Positions 1 through 19,016 of a stretch of DNA of 64,000 nt are shown one piece after another. The notes under the pieces are model-generated. The model ran no database searches, had not been told where the DNA came from, and saw only the letters and a program-made list of their open reading frames with translations. Made by a program: the position numbers and the translations under genes. The stretch lies in assembly GCF_009914755.1 (NCBI RefSeq), contig NC_060934.1, one strand, 5' to 3'. How positions within the stretch are numbered: position 1 is the first letter of the stretch; each line of letters starts with the position of its first letter. Source of the stretch: the human T2T-CHM13v2.0 reference genome, Homo sapiens.

Positions 1-210
1 CCTCATTCTACTCTTTTTCCCCTTCTCATTACTGCACTTGTCTGGTCTAATATACATATCTTTTCTTACTCTAAACAGCTAAGATTATTTTGACCTCTCT
101 TTAGTGTGCCTTGAATTTGAAAATCTTGGATACGCTAAGTATTTTTTAATATTAATATCCACATTCCCTGATGTAAGAATCCTTATATGCCATCTTAGTT
201 AAGAATGAAG

Positions 211-750
<540 letters not shown>

Positions 751-862
751 ACGCCATTCTACCTCCCTCATAGGGGAAAATTTGCCCTTCAATGGAGAAC
801 CACCTCATTGTCCACAGCACCAGCAGCCCCTCCATTGTATCGAATTCTGAGTCTATGGGAGC

Positions 863-1310
863 TGACAAAGATGTTCTCCTTAACCAAGCTACCCCAGTTC
901 TTTTTCAACAAGCCCTCATCCTTGGACACAGCCTCAAGAGCTCATCTTAGCAAAGATGTTACTAAGTCAGTTTGGCCAGAATCCCCTATGCTTAATATCT
1001 GACCATCTTTGATTTCTGATAAAATTCTTCATCCCTCACCATGCCCTAGGTGATGTCTGATCACCCTAGTCAGCCTTACCCAGAATTGCACCTTACCTCT
1101 GATGTTTCCTCGTAGTGATTTTCCATCCACTGACCCCGCTGCGCTGCTCCTTGCCTATAAATCCCCACCTTTCCTTGTATTCGAAGTTGACCCCAATCTC
1201 TCTTTCCTACTGCAAACCTCATTGCAGTAGTCTCTACACCTACCACAATAGTCCTGAATAAATTCTGCCATACTGTTTTAACGAGTGTCATGAATACTTT
1301 CTTCTTTAAC
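863..1310 (+). mobile_element. ERV1 solo LTR, MER31-like
   Basis: gtcagtttggccagaatcccc, ttttccatccactgacccc, tataaatcccc, ctgaataaa, ends tctttaac. Confidence 0.75.
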
Positions 1311-1579
1311 TGAGCTATTTTGCAATTCTATAAATTGTGCATAACTGATAACAGTACAAAATAATTCTTATCCATAGGTATGCAAATGAATTGTGTCCAG
1401 GGGAGAGGCAACTCTCCCTCTCCCACACCACAAGGAAAAAGTAGTTCTGCCTCCATTGACACACTCAGCTCAATAGTTCTGATCTATACATGTAAATGTA
1501 TCTATTCTGTGGATTCTCCTTTGAACTGGTTATAACACCTTTCCAGTTTTCTCACTGATAATTTAAATTAAATCTTTAC

Positions 1580-1815
1580 GGTTGAGCCCAGGAGTTCGAA
1601 AGCAGCCTGAGCAAAATTTCAAGAACTCACCTTTATAAAAAAACTTTAAAAAATAGCCAGGCATGGTAGTACCTGCCTGTAGTCCTAGCTACTCCAGAAG
1701 CTGAGACAGGAGGATTGCCTGAGCCCAGGAGTTCAAGCCTGCAGTGAGCCACGATCACACCACTGAAATCCTGGGCAACAGTGAGACCCTGTCTAAAAAA
1801 TAAAAAATAAAATAA
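1580..1815 (+). mobile_element. AluJ, 5'-truncated
   Basis: ttgagcccaggagttc in both arms, A-rich tail. Confidence 0.88.
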
Positions 1816-2032
1816 ATATTTAAAAAGTGATCATTTTCGTAGCTGTATGAAATACATGATTTTACCTTATATGAAAATTATCTTTTAACACCTCAAATGA
1901 GGTTGCTGACAACATATTTGAATCAAATAAACAAATTACAGTGATCAAGAGGATAAACTTTAAAGGCAAGTGGACAATCACTCAAATTCCTGCTCTGATA
2001 CATACTAGATGCTTAACCTTAAGAAAGTTATT

Positions 2033-2334
2033 GGCTGGATGTGGTGGCTCATTCCTGTAATCCCAGCACTTTGGGAGGCCGAGGTGGGCATTTCACAAGG
2101 TCAGGAGTTCAAGACCAGCCTGGCCAACATGGCAAAACCCTGTCTCTACTAAAAGTACAAAACTTAGCCGGGCGTGGTAGTGGGTGCCTGTAGTGCCCCC
2201 TACTCAGGAGACTGAGGCAGGAGAATTACTTGAATCCAGGAGGTGGAGGTTGCAGTGAGCCACGATCATGCCATCATTGCACTCCAGCCTGGGCAAGAGA
2301 GCAAGACTCCATTTCAAAAAAAAAAAAAAAAAAG
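2033..2334 (+). mobile_element. AluS inserted in a MIR (~1985-2490)
   Basis: Full Alu with TSD aagaaagttatt; MIR sequence continues on both sides. Confidence 0.93.
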
Positions 2335-2502
2335 AAGAAAGTTATTTAGCCCTTCTATGATTTCAGCTTCCTCAGGTGCAAAATGAGAATAATCCTCTCT
2401 TTGATGAATTTGATGCAAAATCTGTATGAGACAATGCATAAAAACACTTAGCACAGTCATTGGAGTGGAGACCCTGCTTAATAATCAGTATTCAGCAGTA
2501 TT

Positions 2503-3050
2503 TGTTCAAAGAAACCAGAATGTGTCACCTCAAAATATGCCTCTTTGACATAAATGTTTTTTGAGCTAAAGGCAATTAAGAAGCAGACAGAAAAGCTCTC
2601 TGCCTTCCTTCTGTTTGCCTAAAAGCAGGGCAGAGAATTGCAAAGACAAAAGGTCTTCTACCCTCCCCCTATTTTGCACCTAAAGCCAGGATGTAAATTC
2701 TCCTTTACAACCTTTTATCAGCTCAGCAACAAAGCCAGGAGATTCTGCCAGTGGACTTCACTCCCTTCATTTCCCATAAATTTGCCTTCCCACATTTTCC
2801 CACTTCTAGGATCCTGGGACAGCTTCCCCTTTGTCTTGTCACTTCTCTGAGCTGTATTGTTCTTTGTCGAATATACGACATAAGCCAGACTCTTAAAGCC
2901 ACTGCTTTGAGTTACTTTTCTCCCACGGGATGTGCACTGCATGCATTAATATACTTGCTTGTTTTTCTCTTGTTAATCTGTCTTTTCTTGTGAGTCTGTC
3001 CCAACTACAAACGTATGAGGGTTGAGGAAGAGTTACTTTTTTCTCCCATT
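2503..3050 (+). mobile_element. ERV1 LTR, MER34-like
   Basis: caaaatatgcctctttgacata...tttgagctaaaggcaattaagaagcag...tttgcctaaaagcagg. Confidence 0.72.
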
Positions 3051-3097
3051 CATAGTCTATACAGCGGCGGTTGTTACTGTCTTGGCAGGCCTCTTAA

Positions 3098-3206
3098 GGC
3101 AGCACTTCTTCAACTGCAGTGTGCCCATGAATCACCTGAGAAATGTGTTAAAATGCAGATTCTGGTTGAGTAGATCCAGGGTAGGCCCTAATATTCTACA
3201 TTTCTG
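3098..3206. mobile_element. MER5-type hAT MITE fragment
   Basis: gaatcacctg...ttaaaatgcagattctgg...catttct. Confidence 0.65.
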
Positions 3207-3222
3207 AAACCGAGGGCTAATC

Positions 3223-3583
<361 letters not shown>

Positions 3584-3589
3584 TAAACC

Positions 3590-4130
3590 CACATAGCTTA
3601 AAGTCAGGCTGCTAAATGCTATAACTTAGCCTTCACTAGCTTCCCTATAAATAACACTCTGACATATATGTCACCATAGTAACAATTGCTTAAGTTGTCT
3701 TTCAGGAACTTGGGGCGGCCCCTGTCCAGTTCAAACCAGCTGAGACCACCAACCCTCTGAATGCACCTGCATGGATGTCGGAAAAGTGACACTTGCCATC
3801 AGAGGGCCAAAACTCCACCCTCAGATCATGTTAACACTGCTATTTTCTGACCATGTGTCCTAAGAAGAGCCGTGAGCCCAGACTGCACTTGCTCAGATCA
3901 CCAGTTACCTCACTTCTCCCCACCCTCAATCACCTTTCCCCACCTTAGACCATCCTAATTCTTTACTCCATAAATATCCCTAAGCATTATCCTTGAGGAG
4001 GTAGATTTGAGAGCTGTTCTCCCATCTCCTGGCTGGGTTGCCCTGTGAGTAAATCTTTTCTCTTTTGCAAAACCCATTGTCACCATGACTGGCTTACTGT
4101 GTGCAGGCAGAATGAACCTGGTTTGGTGTC
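3590..4130 (+). mobile_element. ERV1 (MER4-group) LTR, subfamily unassigned
   Basis: cagagggccaaaactccaccctcagatcatg, TATA-like ccataaata, gtagatttgagagctgttctcc, ends ggtttggtgtca. Confidence 0.65.
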
Positions 4131-4398
4131 ATATCTACGAGCTCCCAGACAATGCCAGTCCCACTGGACTAAGGGTCTCACTTTGAGTAACAAGTTCTTA
4201 AAAGTCTCCTGGATCAAGTTCTTCTGCCCTGACCGTCTTTTTCATAATAGTCTAGAGCAAGACTTCACACACAAGAAATGTTGGACTGTCTCATAGGCAG
4301 AAGGGTTTGTGGGAAAAGCAGTGAGTCCATTTGAAAGCTACAAAAGTAAAGTGAGCTCTCATCATGTCACCAATAAGTGTTCTGTTTTTAATTTTCAG

Positions 4399-4720
4399 AT
4401 AAAAATCATAATAAAGGAAATAATGGAAGAGGAGACTTATGTTACTGGGGACATCTAACATAATTATTTTCCTGATTCAGTGGCATGGTTCAGTCTTCCA
4501 GGAGTTCTGCTACAGAGAAGAGAGTAACCCCCATCCATCATGGCCAAAGCACCCAGTCAGGCTCCGCTCTGGATCCAGCCCGACAAATGCAACCCTTGAA
4601 TAGGGTTTGTGCAAGCAAACTGGATGACGACCGAAGAAACCCTGTCGCTTCTGAGAAGACACCCAATCCAAGAATGTGAGTTCTGGAAATGTCATTAAAT
4701 GTCAGTTATATACATGCTTA
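4399..4720 (+). ncRNA. ST8SIA6-AS1: Probable ST8SIA6-AS1 (APAL) exon, composite internal/terminal
   Basis: Acceptor tttttaattttcag|A at 4398/4399, unique non-repeat body, donor AAT|GTGAGT at 4675/4676, ATTAAA at 4694-4699. Antisense position in ST8SIA6 intron 2 matches my recollection of this lncRNA. Confidence 0.68.
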
Positions 4721-4813
4721 CGTGTCCATATTAGCTATGCAATCACCATCAGCAAGTTCTTTTTCTCAACCAAAAAAAGAAGTAAATTTCTCTGCTAATT
4801 AAATATTTCCTCA

Positions 4814-5132
<319 letters not shown>

Positions 5133-5169
5133 TCACTAAAACTCAAATAAGTGAATTTTGAGAGAAGAA

Positions 5170-5517
<348 letters not shown>

Positions 5518-5751
5518 TAAGAATTTTAATGGGAAAATACCTTATCTGTATTCAGTGTTGACTCCATGCTAATTTGAGTGTTTGAGATGGCTATTAGGTG
5601 CTGTAACATTAAATAATTTACAAATACTTAAATATTTGAACCATAACTACAGTTTTAAAATAAGTTTACTCATCTAAGAGTGAAGATTCTCTTACAATCT
5701 GCAAGTCTATAGCTCAACTTTTACATATTCATGTTTTATATTCATTTTCAG

Positions 5752-7060
<1,309 letters not shown>

Positions 7061-7597
7061 TGAATAAGAGACAACTAAGCATGAGGTATTGCAAGATGGT
7101 AACTCATCCAGGGAAAATTAAAACCTGGAGTGGATCAGATGGAAAAACAAAATAAGACACTAGAAAAAAATCACCAGGAGGGTTTCAAACCAAAAGATCC
7201 CCTGGTTAACCTTCAGCTAATTATAAGATTTAATTAACTAGAAAAACTCAATCCTTGTTTATTCTATTTAATTGAGATTTTACCATATTTAAAATGATGT
7301 TACTCAAGTGTTCTCATTAATATTTAATGAAAGTGTGAGAGAATTGGCTAACCAAATTTACTGTGCTTAGGTAAACTGTAATTAGGAAGGGTTAGCAGAG
7401 CATCCCAAGGGACCTATCAATCACAAAATGAAGCGATACAATTACAGATGAATTTCAACAAGGAAACACACAAAACAGTGATCCTCAAAAAAGATGGAAT
7501 AAAATTACTTGAATGTGGTAGTCGGTTCTGAGAAATGCAATCAATCACATGTCATTTCAGACAACTCAGAAGGAATAACCCTACCCAACAGACTTGA

Positions 7598-7913
<316 letters not shown>

Positions 7914-9159
7914 CAGACTTGAACTCTTGATTGCATGAAAGTGTATTAATCTTCTATCTGCTTATTCCCAATTTCCCAGCTGATAAAATGCCCCACTGTT
8001 ATTTCACTTAAATTTGGAATAACCTGCATCTAGTTAAGTTGGAGCTACTTTGTCTTGTTGCAGATTTTCTTTTGCTTTGCTGTCTTCATTCTAACTTGGC
8101 AGAGCCCAGGTGCTTTGTCTCTATTTGCCTGCAAGACCTCTTTTCCAAGACATGTCAGGTTTCTCTCTAAAGTACCTTCCACCTGGAGGATATCTGTTCT
8201 TGTTCTTTAATTCCTGGCCCTATTTCCTATTCATCTGAAAAACTAGGCTTTGTGAGCAGGATCATGCATGGCAATGAGTTCTAATGAGTTTTTAATGTTT
8301 CACACTTCATGATGAACATATATTTGCATTTCAGAAAATGCTTTTAAGGAATGTTTTTTTTTTTCTGCCCTCACTCCTAACTCAGTTGCCTTTAAGCAAA
8401 ACCAAAGAGAGCCATGGCCAGCCTGTTCAAATGGCTGCAATCATTTAAGCCCCTCTCGCTGCACCCTGGCCCCTCTTGCCTCCCTAGCCTGCCCATGCTT
8501 GCCCCTGTCTCAACTTCTACCCCCACTCCAGCTGAAGAGATTTGCCATTCTCAGCTTTCACCTTTGGGGATCCCTCTTGACCATGGTTAGCAATTGCTGT
8601 GACCATCCTCACATCACAGATTTTTGGGCTTCTGTTTCTTAGGACAATGCCTGCTCTCCCTGCTAGCCTATCCCTCATCCCAGGCCCTCCAACCTCCAGC
8701 CACTGCAACTCTAGAGCCACATCCTATCCCATTGACTAACCCAACTGCCAAGCCAAGCCCAATCCCCAGACCTGGAGCTCAGAGAAATTATTAATCCAAT
8801 CAAAGGCACTAAAGTTGGGATTCTGACTCTGAAGCAGGTACCAAATTTTGGACAGAGAGGGGCTCCTGAAACCATACTATTCCTGCATTAAGTGTCTGGC
8901 ACTAGGCAGGGGATATGATGTGATCTAACAAGGCCATGCACTGGAATTAACCTGCGTGAGCTCCACTTGGCTGCCCTCTAAAGGTCAATGCATTGTTTGA
9001 GCCTAGGGGAGCCAGTCACTGCTACATCAATGGCTGCATCACGGTATCCTTTTTAGGACTAAACCTGCATTTTCCTAATATTCAGGTCTGTAGAAACTTT
9101 GACTGCAAGAATTTTACAGGAATGGGTAAATATCTGTAAGTACTTAAAAGTATATATGG

Positions 9160-9420
9160 TAATATACAATATGATAGAAGAAATAAGACCTAATGTTAGA
9201 TAGATCAGCAGGGTAATTATAGTTTACAACCATCTTTTGTACAATTCAAAATAGCTACAAGAGAAAAAGGTGAGTGTTTTTAGCATAAAGAAAAGACAAA
9301 TACTTAATGGATATCCCAAGTATACTGATTTGATATTTACAAATTATACAAATGTATTAAATTGTCATGTGTACTCCAAAACTATGTACATTATTATGCA
9401 TCAATTAACAAAAGATAAAA
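9160..9420 (+). mobile_element. L1MA-type 3' end
   Basis: gatagaagaaataagacc...caaaatagctacaagag...actatgtacattattatgcatcaatt. Confidence 0.75.
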
Positions 9421-10925
9421 GTATGTATGAATCAGTAAGTACTTCTAAGGACCTGTAAATCCATATAAGTGCACATTAGTATAAGAGAACTAAGGAGAAT
9501 TTGAGATCAGTGTTTACACAGTGCTAGCATTTTGTTATCTAAAACACCTCTTTTTCAACTCTATCAAAGATTGAATGCATTTTTTAATTCAAGGAATATA
9601 ATATTCAGGATGATTATTTTTATTACAGCTGTGGGCTTTTTCCTTGGGCATTGAACGCTTCCATTTAGTTCAACTACTTATTATCTTTTCTTCTCCTCTT
9701 CTTTTTTTTTTTTGCTTAACTTTCTATTTCTTTCCCAGTAATAACATATATTTTCTCAACTTCTTAAATCTCTTTATTAGATACAGTCGAATGTAATTTG
9801 GAATTTACGAGTCTTATCACATTCTCATTCTGCTTGAGCAATTCAAGATATAAGAAAAACAGACTGTCTACATTTCTTCAGAGTTCCTCCAACTATTGGC
9901 TTAAAATTCCTGAAATTAAAATTATAGTTCTTTGACATCGCTTCTGTCTAATCATTGCTGATACCTGGAAAACACCAAATGGCTTACTTACACAGTGTCC
10001 CACTCTGAAATTTCTCACATAAAGGATTGTCTTACACAGAAATACTGACCATTTTGACAAGGGAATGGCCCTAGAATTGGGCCAGAGCTAAAAATAAGCA
10101 GAATAAACAATTTTGATATTCTTCTTCAATGGTCATAAATCTAGTTAGCATGTTATCATTTACATATTATGATTTTGTTCATGATAGTTGTAGTAGAATG
10201 GCCTAAAGAAATCAAGATCTGTTTTATCTTCTACATTACTTTAGTTACTGTAAGACTGATAACTCACATTGTCGTTTACCAAGTATTTCCATTTGTTCCT
10301 TGGAATAATCCTGTGAAGTGGGTATTTTTTATCACTAGTTTCATATAATGAATATATTACTGTTAATGTCAATACATTCTATTTATCCAGCTCACTTATT
10401 CTAGTATTCTCTCTGCAGTGATTCTTTAATCTCATTGAGAAGCCCCCATGCCCAATACACGCCTCCTATCTTCATACACGCCTCCTATCTTCATTTCCCT
10501 CCTTCCCCAACTCACACCCTTGAAAACATTCTTATCTCTCTTGTTTCTTTTTCTGTTGTCCTTGACTGGCAAATTTGGAGGCATGGATGTACCCAACTCT
10601 TTGCCATTTGGGGCTACCCCCAACTAGCCAAATACTGCTAGAGAAACTCTCCTGAATGATTTCACTCTAAGTTCTATGAACTTCAAATGGGCATTTAAGG
10701 ATACCTGGCAGTCCTACTATGTTTTCCTAATAAATTTCATTTTCCTCTTTCAAAATTGTTATTTATTCTCCCGTCTCCTCCAACCTCCCATATCCCCACC
10801 TCCACACTCACTCTCTGCTGCTGATGACCTCACTTCATACTTTATTGAAAAAAATAGAAGCCTGCAGAGGAGCAACACTTTCATACTGCTCCCACTGTAT
10901 CTAAAAATCTCTAAGTTTCTGTGCC

Positions 10926-11302
10926 TGTCTTAGTCAGCTTGGGCTGCCATAACAAAATACCATAAAATGAGTGGCTTAAACAACAGAAATTTTTCATCTC
11001 ATATTTTGAAGACTCAAAATGTTGGCATCGTTGGTACCTGGTGAGGGCTCTCTTCCTGGCTTGCAGACAGCTGCCTGCTGGCTGGGTCCTCACATTGTCT
11101 TTTCTTGGTGCATGCATGAGGGAGAGAGTGCTAGTGTCTCTTCCTCTTCTTATAAAGACACCAGCCCTATCAAATTAAGGGGTAGCTCTATGACCTCATT
11201 TAAATAGAATTATCTCCCTAAAGACCTTATCTTCTAATATAGTCACATTTGAGACTGTGGCTTCAACATGAATTTTGGGGAGACAGAATTCAGTCCTTCA
11301 GA
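10926..11302 (-). mobile_element. MaLR LTR, MLT1A-like
   Basis: tgtcttagtcagcttgggctgccataacaaaatacc...; 5-bp TSD GTGCC at 10921-10925 and 11303-11307. Confidence 0.88.
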
Positions 11303-11636
11303 GTGCCTGTGTTTTTCATCTTACCATATGTTACAACAGAAAAAAATGTCCCTGCTCTCATCAAAAATCAGTAACCCCCAGTATGTTCTGGCTCCTGCCC
11401 GTCTCACTTTCTTAACATTACTGACCCCCTCATCTCTTCCTTCTCTTACATAACTAGGGTTATCCTTCTCACAAGCACACAAACACGCTCCTCCCTTGAC
11501 TCCATAATCCCTCTCCATCTCCCAACTCATTTTTCTACCCCCTGTAAGCACCACTTCTCTAACAAATTATCTAAAATTACTGCTTCCCCTTCCTCAACAA
11601 TCTATTCCCTCATCAGAAGACTTAAAACTGGCTAAT

Positions 11637-12596
<960 letters not shown>

Positions 12597-13385
12597 TGAA
12601 AACCACATCACACTCTCCTGGTTTTCTTTCTGCATCCCTGGCTGCTCCCTCTGCCTCTCCTTTGCTGGCTTCTGCTTCTCTTTCAAGCCTCTAAATGTGG
12701 GAATACCCTAGAACTTGCTCCTAGATCCCCTTTTCTTCTCCACCTATCTCCAGAGCTAAGTGAGCTCATTCTACTCTCTGGCTTTGAGTCCTATCTCTCT
12801 GGCGATGACACCCAGATTGATATGTGCAGTTCTGACCTCTCCCTTGAGCTCCAGACTCATTTATATGGTCGAAATGCCCATCTGACATTTCCAATTGGAC
12901 GTCTAATAGTCTTGTCAAATGTAGCATATCCAAAACATAACCTTTGACTTCCCTCTTTTCCAGTCTTCCCCATCTCTATGGATGGTAATGAACTGCTCAA
13001 GCCAAACATTTATCATTCGGATTCCTCTCCTTCTCTTCTCTCCTATACCCGGGCTTTTGACGATTCAGCCGTAAATCCATCTACTTCTCTTTATCGGTAC
13101 TTCTATTGCCTCATTCAAGGCACATCAGCTCTTGTCTGGATGGAAGCCATGGCCCCATAAGTAGTCTTTCTGCTTCAATTGCCTGACTGCCACACATTCT
13201 CTATGCAGCTATCAGAGTACTCTTTTAAAAACTTAAATCATACTTGTCATACATGACATATTGTCATGCCCTTGCTCAGAACCCTTCTGAGGCTTCACTT
13301 ATTATTAGAATAAAACTCATCCTCACCAAGGCTTGCATCCTACAACATAACCTGACTTAGTAGGTCTATTTCCTCCTTTGCTCTC

Positions 13386-13785
13386 TGTATTGGTCCATTT
13401 ACATTGCTGTAAATAAATGCCTGAGACTGGGTAGTTCATCAGGAAAAGAGGTTTATTTGGCTCACAGTTCTGCAGGCTGTACACAAAGCATCGTGCCAGC
13501 ATCTGCTTCTGGTGAGGGATTCAGGAAGCTTATAATCATGGCGGGATGTAAAGGAGAGCCAGCACATCACATGGATAGAGAGAGAGAGAGAGGAGACAGT
13601 GCCAGGCTTTTTGAAACAACCAGATCTTGTGTGAACTCAGAGAATAAGAACTCACTCATTACTGCCGAGACATTCATGAGGGATCTGCCCCCATGACCCA
13701 AACACCTCTCACTAGGCCCACTTCTAACACTGAAGCTCACATTTCAACATGAGATTTGGAGGGGACAACCATCCAAACCCTATCA
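13386..13785 (-). mobile_element. MaLR LTR, MSTB-like
   Basis: tgtattggtcc...gagactgggta...ggctcacagttctgcaggctg...aaaccctatca; near-TSD ctctc/ccctc. Confidence 0.88.
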
Positions 13786-14517
13786 CCCTCCATGATCCAT
13801 TCTTTCTGCTTCTCAAATATGCCATGTTTAGGGCTGCTGTTCCTCTGCCTTGAGCGTTCCTGTTAGTGCTTCAGGTCTTAACTCGAATGTCAACCCCTCA
13901 GAGTGACTTTTGCTACTCCCTATGGAATGCTCACCTCCCACCCCCGCCATCAGCATTTATTTCGACTTCTTTCCTACCACTTAGCACAGTGAGCTCCAGG
14001 AGGGCAGGCTTTTGTCTGGCATGCTCCCTGCACATTCTCCAGCACCAAGCACAGACCTGGCACACAATGAATGTTCACTGAAAGAATGAAGTTGATCTCA
14101 GACTCTCCACCCAGCTCCAGGCTGCCAAAATAAGCCCCTAATTGCCTTCCCTGCTTCTCCTTTTGTTCCTGCCCCATCTGTCTCCTAGGGAGAATTGTCT
14201 CAGCTAGACCAGTCCTGGGCTCTTCACACATCAGAGTTAGAGAGTTGACAGGGAATTAATAGAAGATAGAACCTGAAAGGCTTAGGAGGGGTAAGACTTG
14301 GAGAAATCTGTTGTCAGTCAAAAATAATAAAGTACAGAGGTGTATGTGAGGAGGTAGGGGAGGGAGTACAGGAAGGGGAAAGAAATCTATATAGTCCAGG
14401 TGTAAGTGAGAAAGTTCTTTCAGCATTTGTCAAACTTGAGTTTGGGAGAGGGTGTGGGAAATAAATAACTGAGAAGAGTAAATGGGATTGCAGCATAGAT
14501 GAGGATTCTGAATTAGG

Positions 14518-14780
14518 GCCACTCTGTCACCCAGGCTGGAGTACAGTAGTGCGATCAAAGCTCACTGCAGCCTGGAGCTCCTGGTCTCAAGCAATCCTCC
14601 CACCTCAGCCTTCCAAGTAGCTGGGACTACAGGCATGTGCCACCAAACTCAGCTAATTTTTTTTTGCATTTTTTTGCAGATATGGGGTCTTGCTTTGTTC
14701 CGGCTGGTCTCAAGCTCCTGAGCTCAAGTGATTCTCCCAAAGTGCTGGGATTACAGGCATGTGCCACCATGTGCAGCCTG
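14518..14780 (-). mobile_element. AluJ, tail missing
   Basis: gctcactgcagcc...ctcaagcaatcctcccacc. Confidence 0.88.
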
Positions 14781-15137
14781 GAGCCCTTTTTATGTACTTT
14801 AAGAAGAAGGAAAATAAGGACACAAATTTTTTTTCTGGCATGTTGAGTTGTGCTTCCTGAAATACCAGCCTGGGCTGAATGCCATGGGCCTGTGATTTCA
14901 ACAAGGTTACATACATATGAGAAAACTGAAGCTCTGAGTGTTCATAGGACATGACCACTGTCATTCAGTTGATAGATGACAAAAGGAGGATTCGAACCCA
15001 TGGCTTTTACCTACAGGGCCCTTGTTGTTACAAGCATTCTCCTTGCTTCCCTCCAAAGCAAGAAATGAGGTTAGCCAGACATATGGCCTCCAATTGTTAT
15101 CATTTTCCTTTCAAATTGTTTACAGTAATTTAAGTCA

Positions 15138-15450
<313 letters not shown>

Positions 15451-15667
15451 AATTTAGTCATGCTCACCAATCTATGGTTTCCAAAATAAATCTTTATCTT
15501 CCCTTTACATAGCAAAATAACATTTTTTCCCTTTGTCATTTTCTATCATCTCTCAACTTCTCTGTGATTCATTAATGATCACCAGTAGTAAGTATCGAAT
15601 TACACATATAAAGAACCTTTAGTACCAGGCTGTAATTTTTCTCCATGTGGAGAATGAAATTTGCTTA

Positions 15668-15998
<331 letters not shown>

Positions 15999-16562
15999 CG
16001 ACTCCACACAGTCGCGTTTCCATTGCCTCCTTTATGGCTAGATGTTTCCAATATGAAGATCATTGTCTTTGAAAAGGAAGTCATAGACAGAAGAAAAAAG
16101 GAGCTGTTCTGATTTCCCCACCCTCAGGGAACAATATGCCATCTGCTCCAAACAGTGAGCATCATATCCCTTTCTTGTTTTTGTTTAAAACATGGCTATC
16201 AAAAAACATTGGAGGTTCTTGTATCCTTTAGCTTTTTTCCTACAATCTTCTTACAACTTCACAGCCATTGATTTGCACACATTTTTTTAACACACACTTT
16301 ATCTTTCCACCTACCCTTTCTGAATCTGATATCATGCAGTCATGCTAATTTGAAAGATGCTTTCCTATTTTTTCTTTTGCATTTATATCATCAGAATTTC
16401 CTTTAAAAAATATTACAACCTGGTGGAGACTTAAATAGACACACGTTTTCCAAATGGATAAGGAGGAGGTTTTAAAATGATAACCATGATATAGTTAACT
16501 TTTAAAAAAAATTATTACCTCAAAGTCTAAAGACTCTAAAGTGCTTTATAAAAGAGATAGTG

Positions 16563-16881
<319 letters not shown>

Positions 16882-16989
16882 CTAGTGCACATTTTTGTTA
16901 TGGTGAAAGTCATGTGAATATTTGCATTACATGTGATCATACCCAAAAACTCTATAAGGGTCATCTAGAGACTAGATACTCATGCATAT

Positions 16990-17835
16990 CTCCTGGGGCT
17001 GATTTAGGCACCATGAGATAGTTGATAACACCTGTACAGAATGCTGTGGCATGCCACCCAGGCCCTCTACTTTCATCCTGCCAGCTACTGGGAGTTTTGT
17101 CTGCTGATGGCCCACACTGGATCCTTCCCACACAGGTGTCCTCTGTGAAAGGAACTGTCTCTTCCAAGGTGACACCTTGTATTGGTGTCACACTACTATA
17201 AAGAACTGCCTGAGACTGGGTAATTTATAAAGGAAAGAGGTTTAATTGACTCACAGTTCCACCTGAGTGGGGAGGCCTCAGGAAACTTACAGTCGTGGCG
17301 GAAGGCAAAGGGAAAGCTGGCACATCTTCTAACAGGGCAGCAGGAGAGAGCAAAGGGGGAAGTGCCCACACTTTTAAACCATCAGATCTCATGAGAACTC
17401 AGTCATGAGAACAGAACACGAGAACAGCAAGGGTGAAATCGCGAGAACAGCAAGGGGGAAATCCAGCCCCATGATCCAATCACATCCCACCAGGCTCCTC
17501 CCCTGATACATGGGGATGACAATTTGACAAGAGATTTGGGTGGAGACACAGAGCCAAAACATATCACAGCTCCTGAGAGGCAGCCACGTCATGACTGACT
17601 GATGCCTAGCCCCTTACCTGGGGTAGAACACAACTGGGAAAGGCCATGCCAGCCTCAAGCCCCCTGTGGAACTGGCTGAGTCCTCTGTTGCAACTGCATT
17701 AGGATCTATCTGTCTTCTCCTGCTGCTTAGTCCTGTTTCCCTCATGGGCATTGTTCCTGAGAGCACTTCCTAATAAGTGTCCTATATACAAATCTGTATC
17801 CCAGAGTGTGTTGCCCAGGAAATCCAATTTACAGC
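16990..17835 (+). mobile_element. ERVL LTR16-like, interrupted by MST
   Basis: 3' end gagcacttcctaataagtg...caaatctgtatcccagagtgtgttgcccaggaaatccaa. Confidence 0.55.
17178..17566 (-). mobile_element. MaLR LTR, MSTA-like
   Basis: gagactgggtaatttataaaggaaagaggtttaattgactcacagttcc...gagatttgggtggagacacagagccaaaacatatca. Confidence 0.9.
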
Positions 17836-17943
17836 AGTCCGTAATACAAAAGAAATTGTATAGTATGTAGTTTAATTGACCTGTGCTTCTAACAGGCATG
17901 CAAAAAAATTGTGTGTATAAATTGCCCAATTAACTAGCCCTGA

Positions 17944-18297
<354 letters not shown>

Positions 18298-19016
18298 TTC
18301 AATTTTATTTCCTTTTGATGACGATATTTTCCATGGGTACGCAGCCATCAAAGTATAAAGGAAACAAGTAGAGAAGAATAAAGATTCTGCAAGTGTTTGC
18401 TTTATACAGCCCTTTTCAGAATTTATTATAGACTATACTATAGATTTTATTTATTATAATATAGAATTTATAATTTCATACATAAAGATAACTTCAATCC
18501 TAAATCTGCATCAATAAAGGAGAACACCTAACAATGATCTCTTTCACTTTTAATCAAGAGAACAATCTTTAAGCCAATAGAAACAGTCTTTAATCACGCT
18601 AAAAGAGAAAAAAACTGAATATTGAAGAGCAAAATAAATTTAAAAATCTTTAGGGAAAAGCTTACATTTGAAAGAGTCAACTGTTCTAAAACGTTTGTGA
18701 AATACCATTTTCAATGTCCAAAATAATGAATTTATTCCCTGGTCCACATTTTTGCCTGAAGCACCTCCCCCCTCCCACAAGTAATTAAGAGTTATTTTAT
18801 GGGACAAGAGTTAGCCAGTCAGATCCAATTACTGTGAATCAGAAAGACAAAATTTATATATCCTTTTCTGTCCTCCCATAATTCTGATCTTCTCTTTACC
18901 AAATGTTAGCCAACAGCTACTTTAATCATAAGCCTGATAATGTACTACTTCATGGCAAATAGACCTTAATAATTCTACTCCTCTCTCGCTGCCAATCCTG
19001 TACTGAACAGTGAGAA

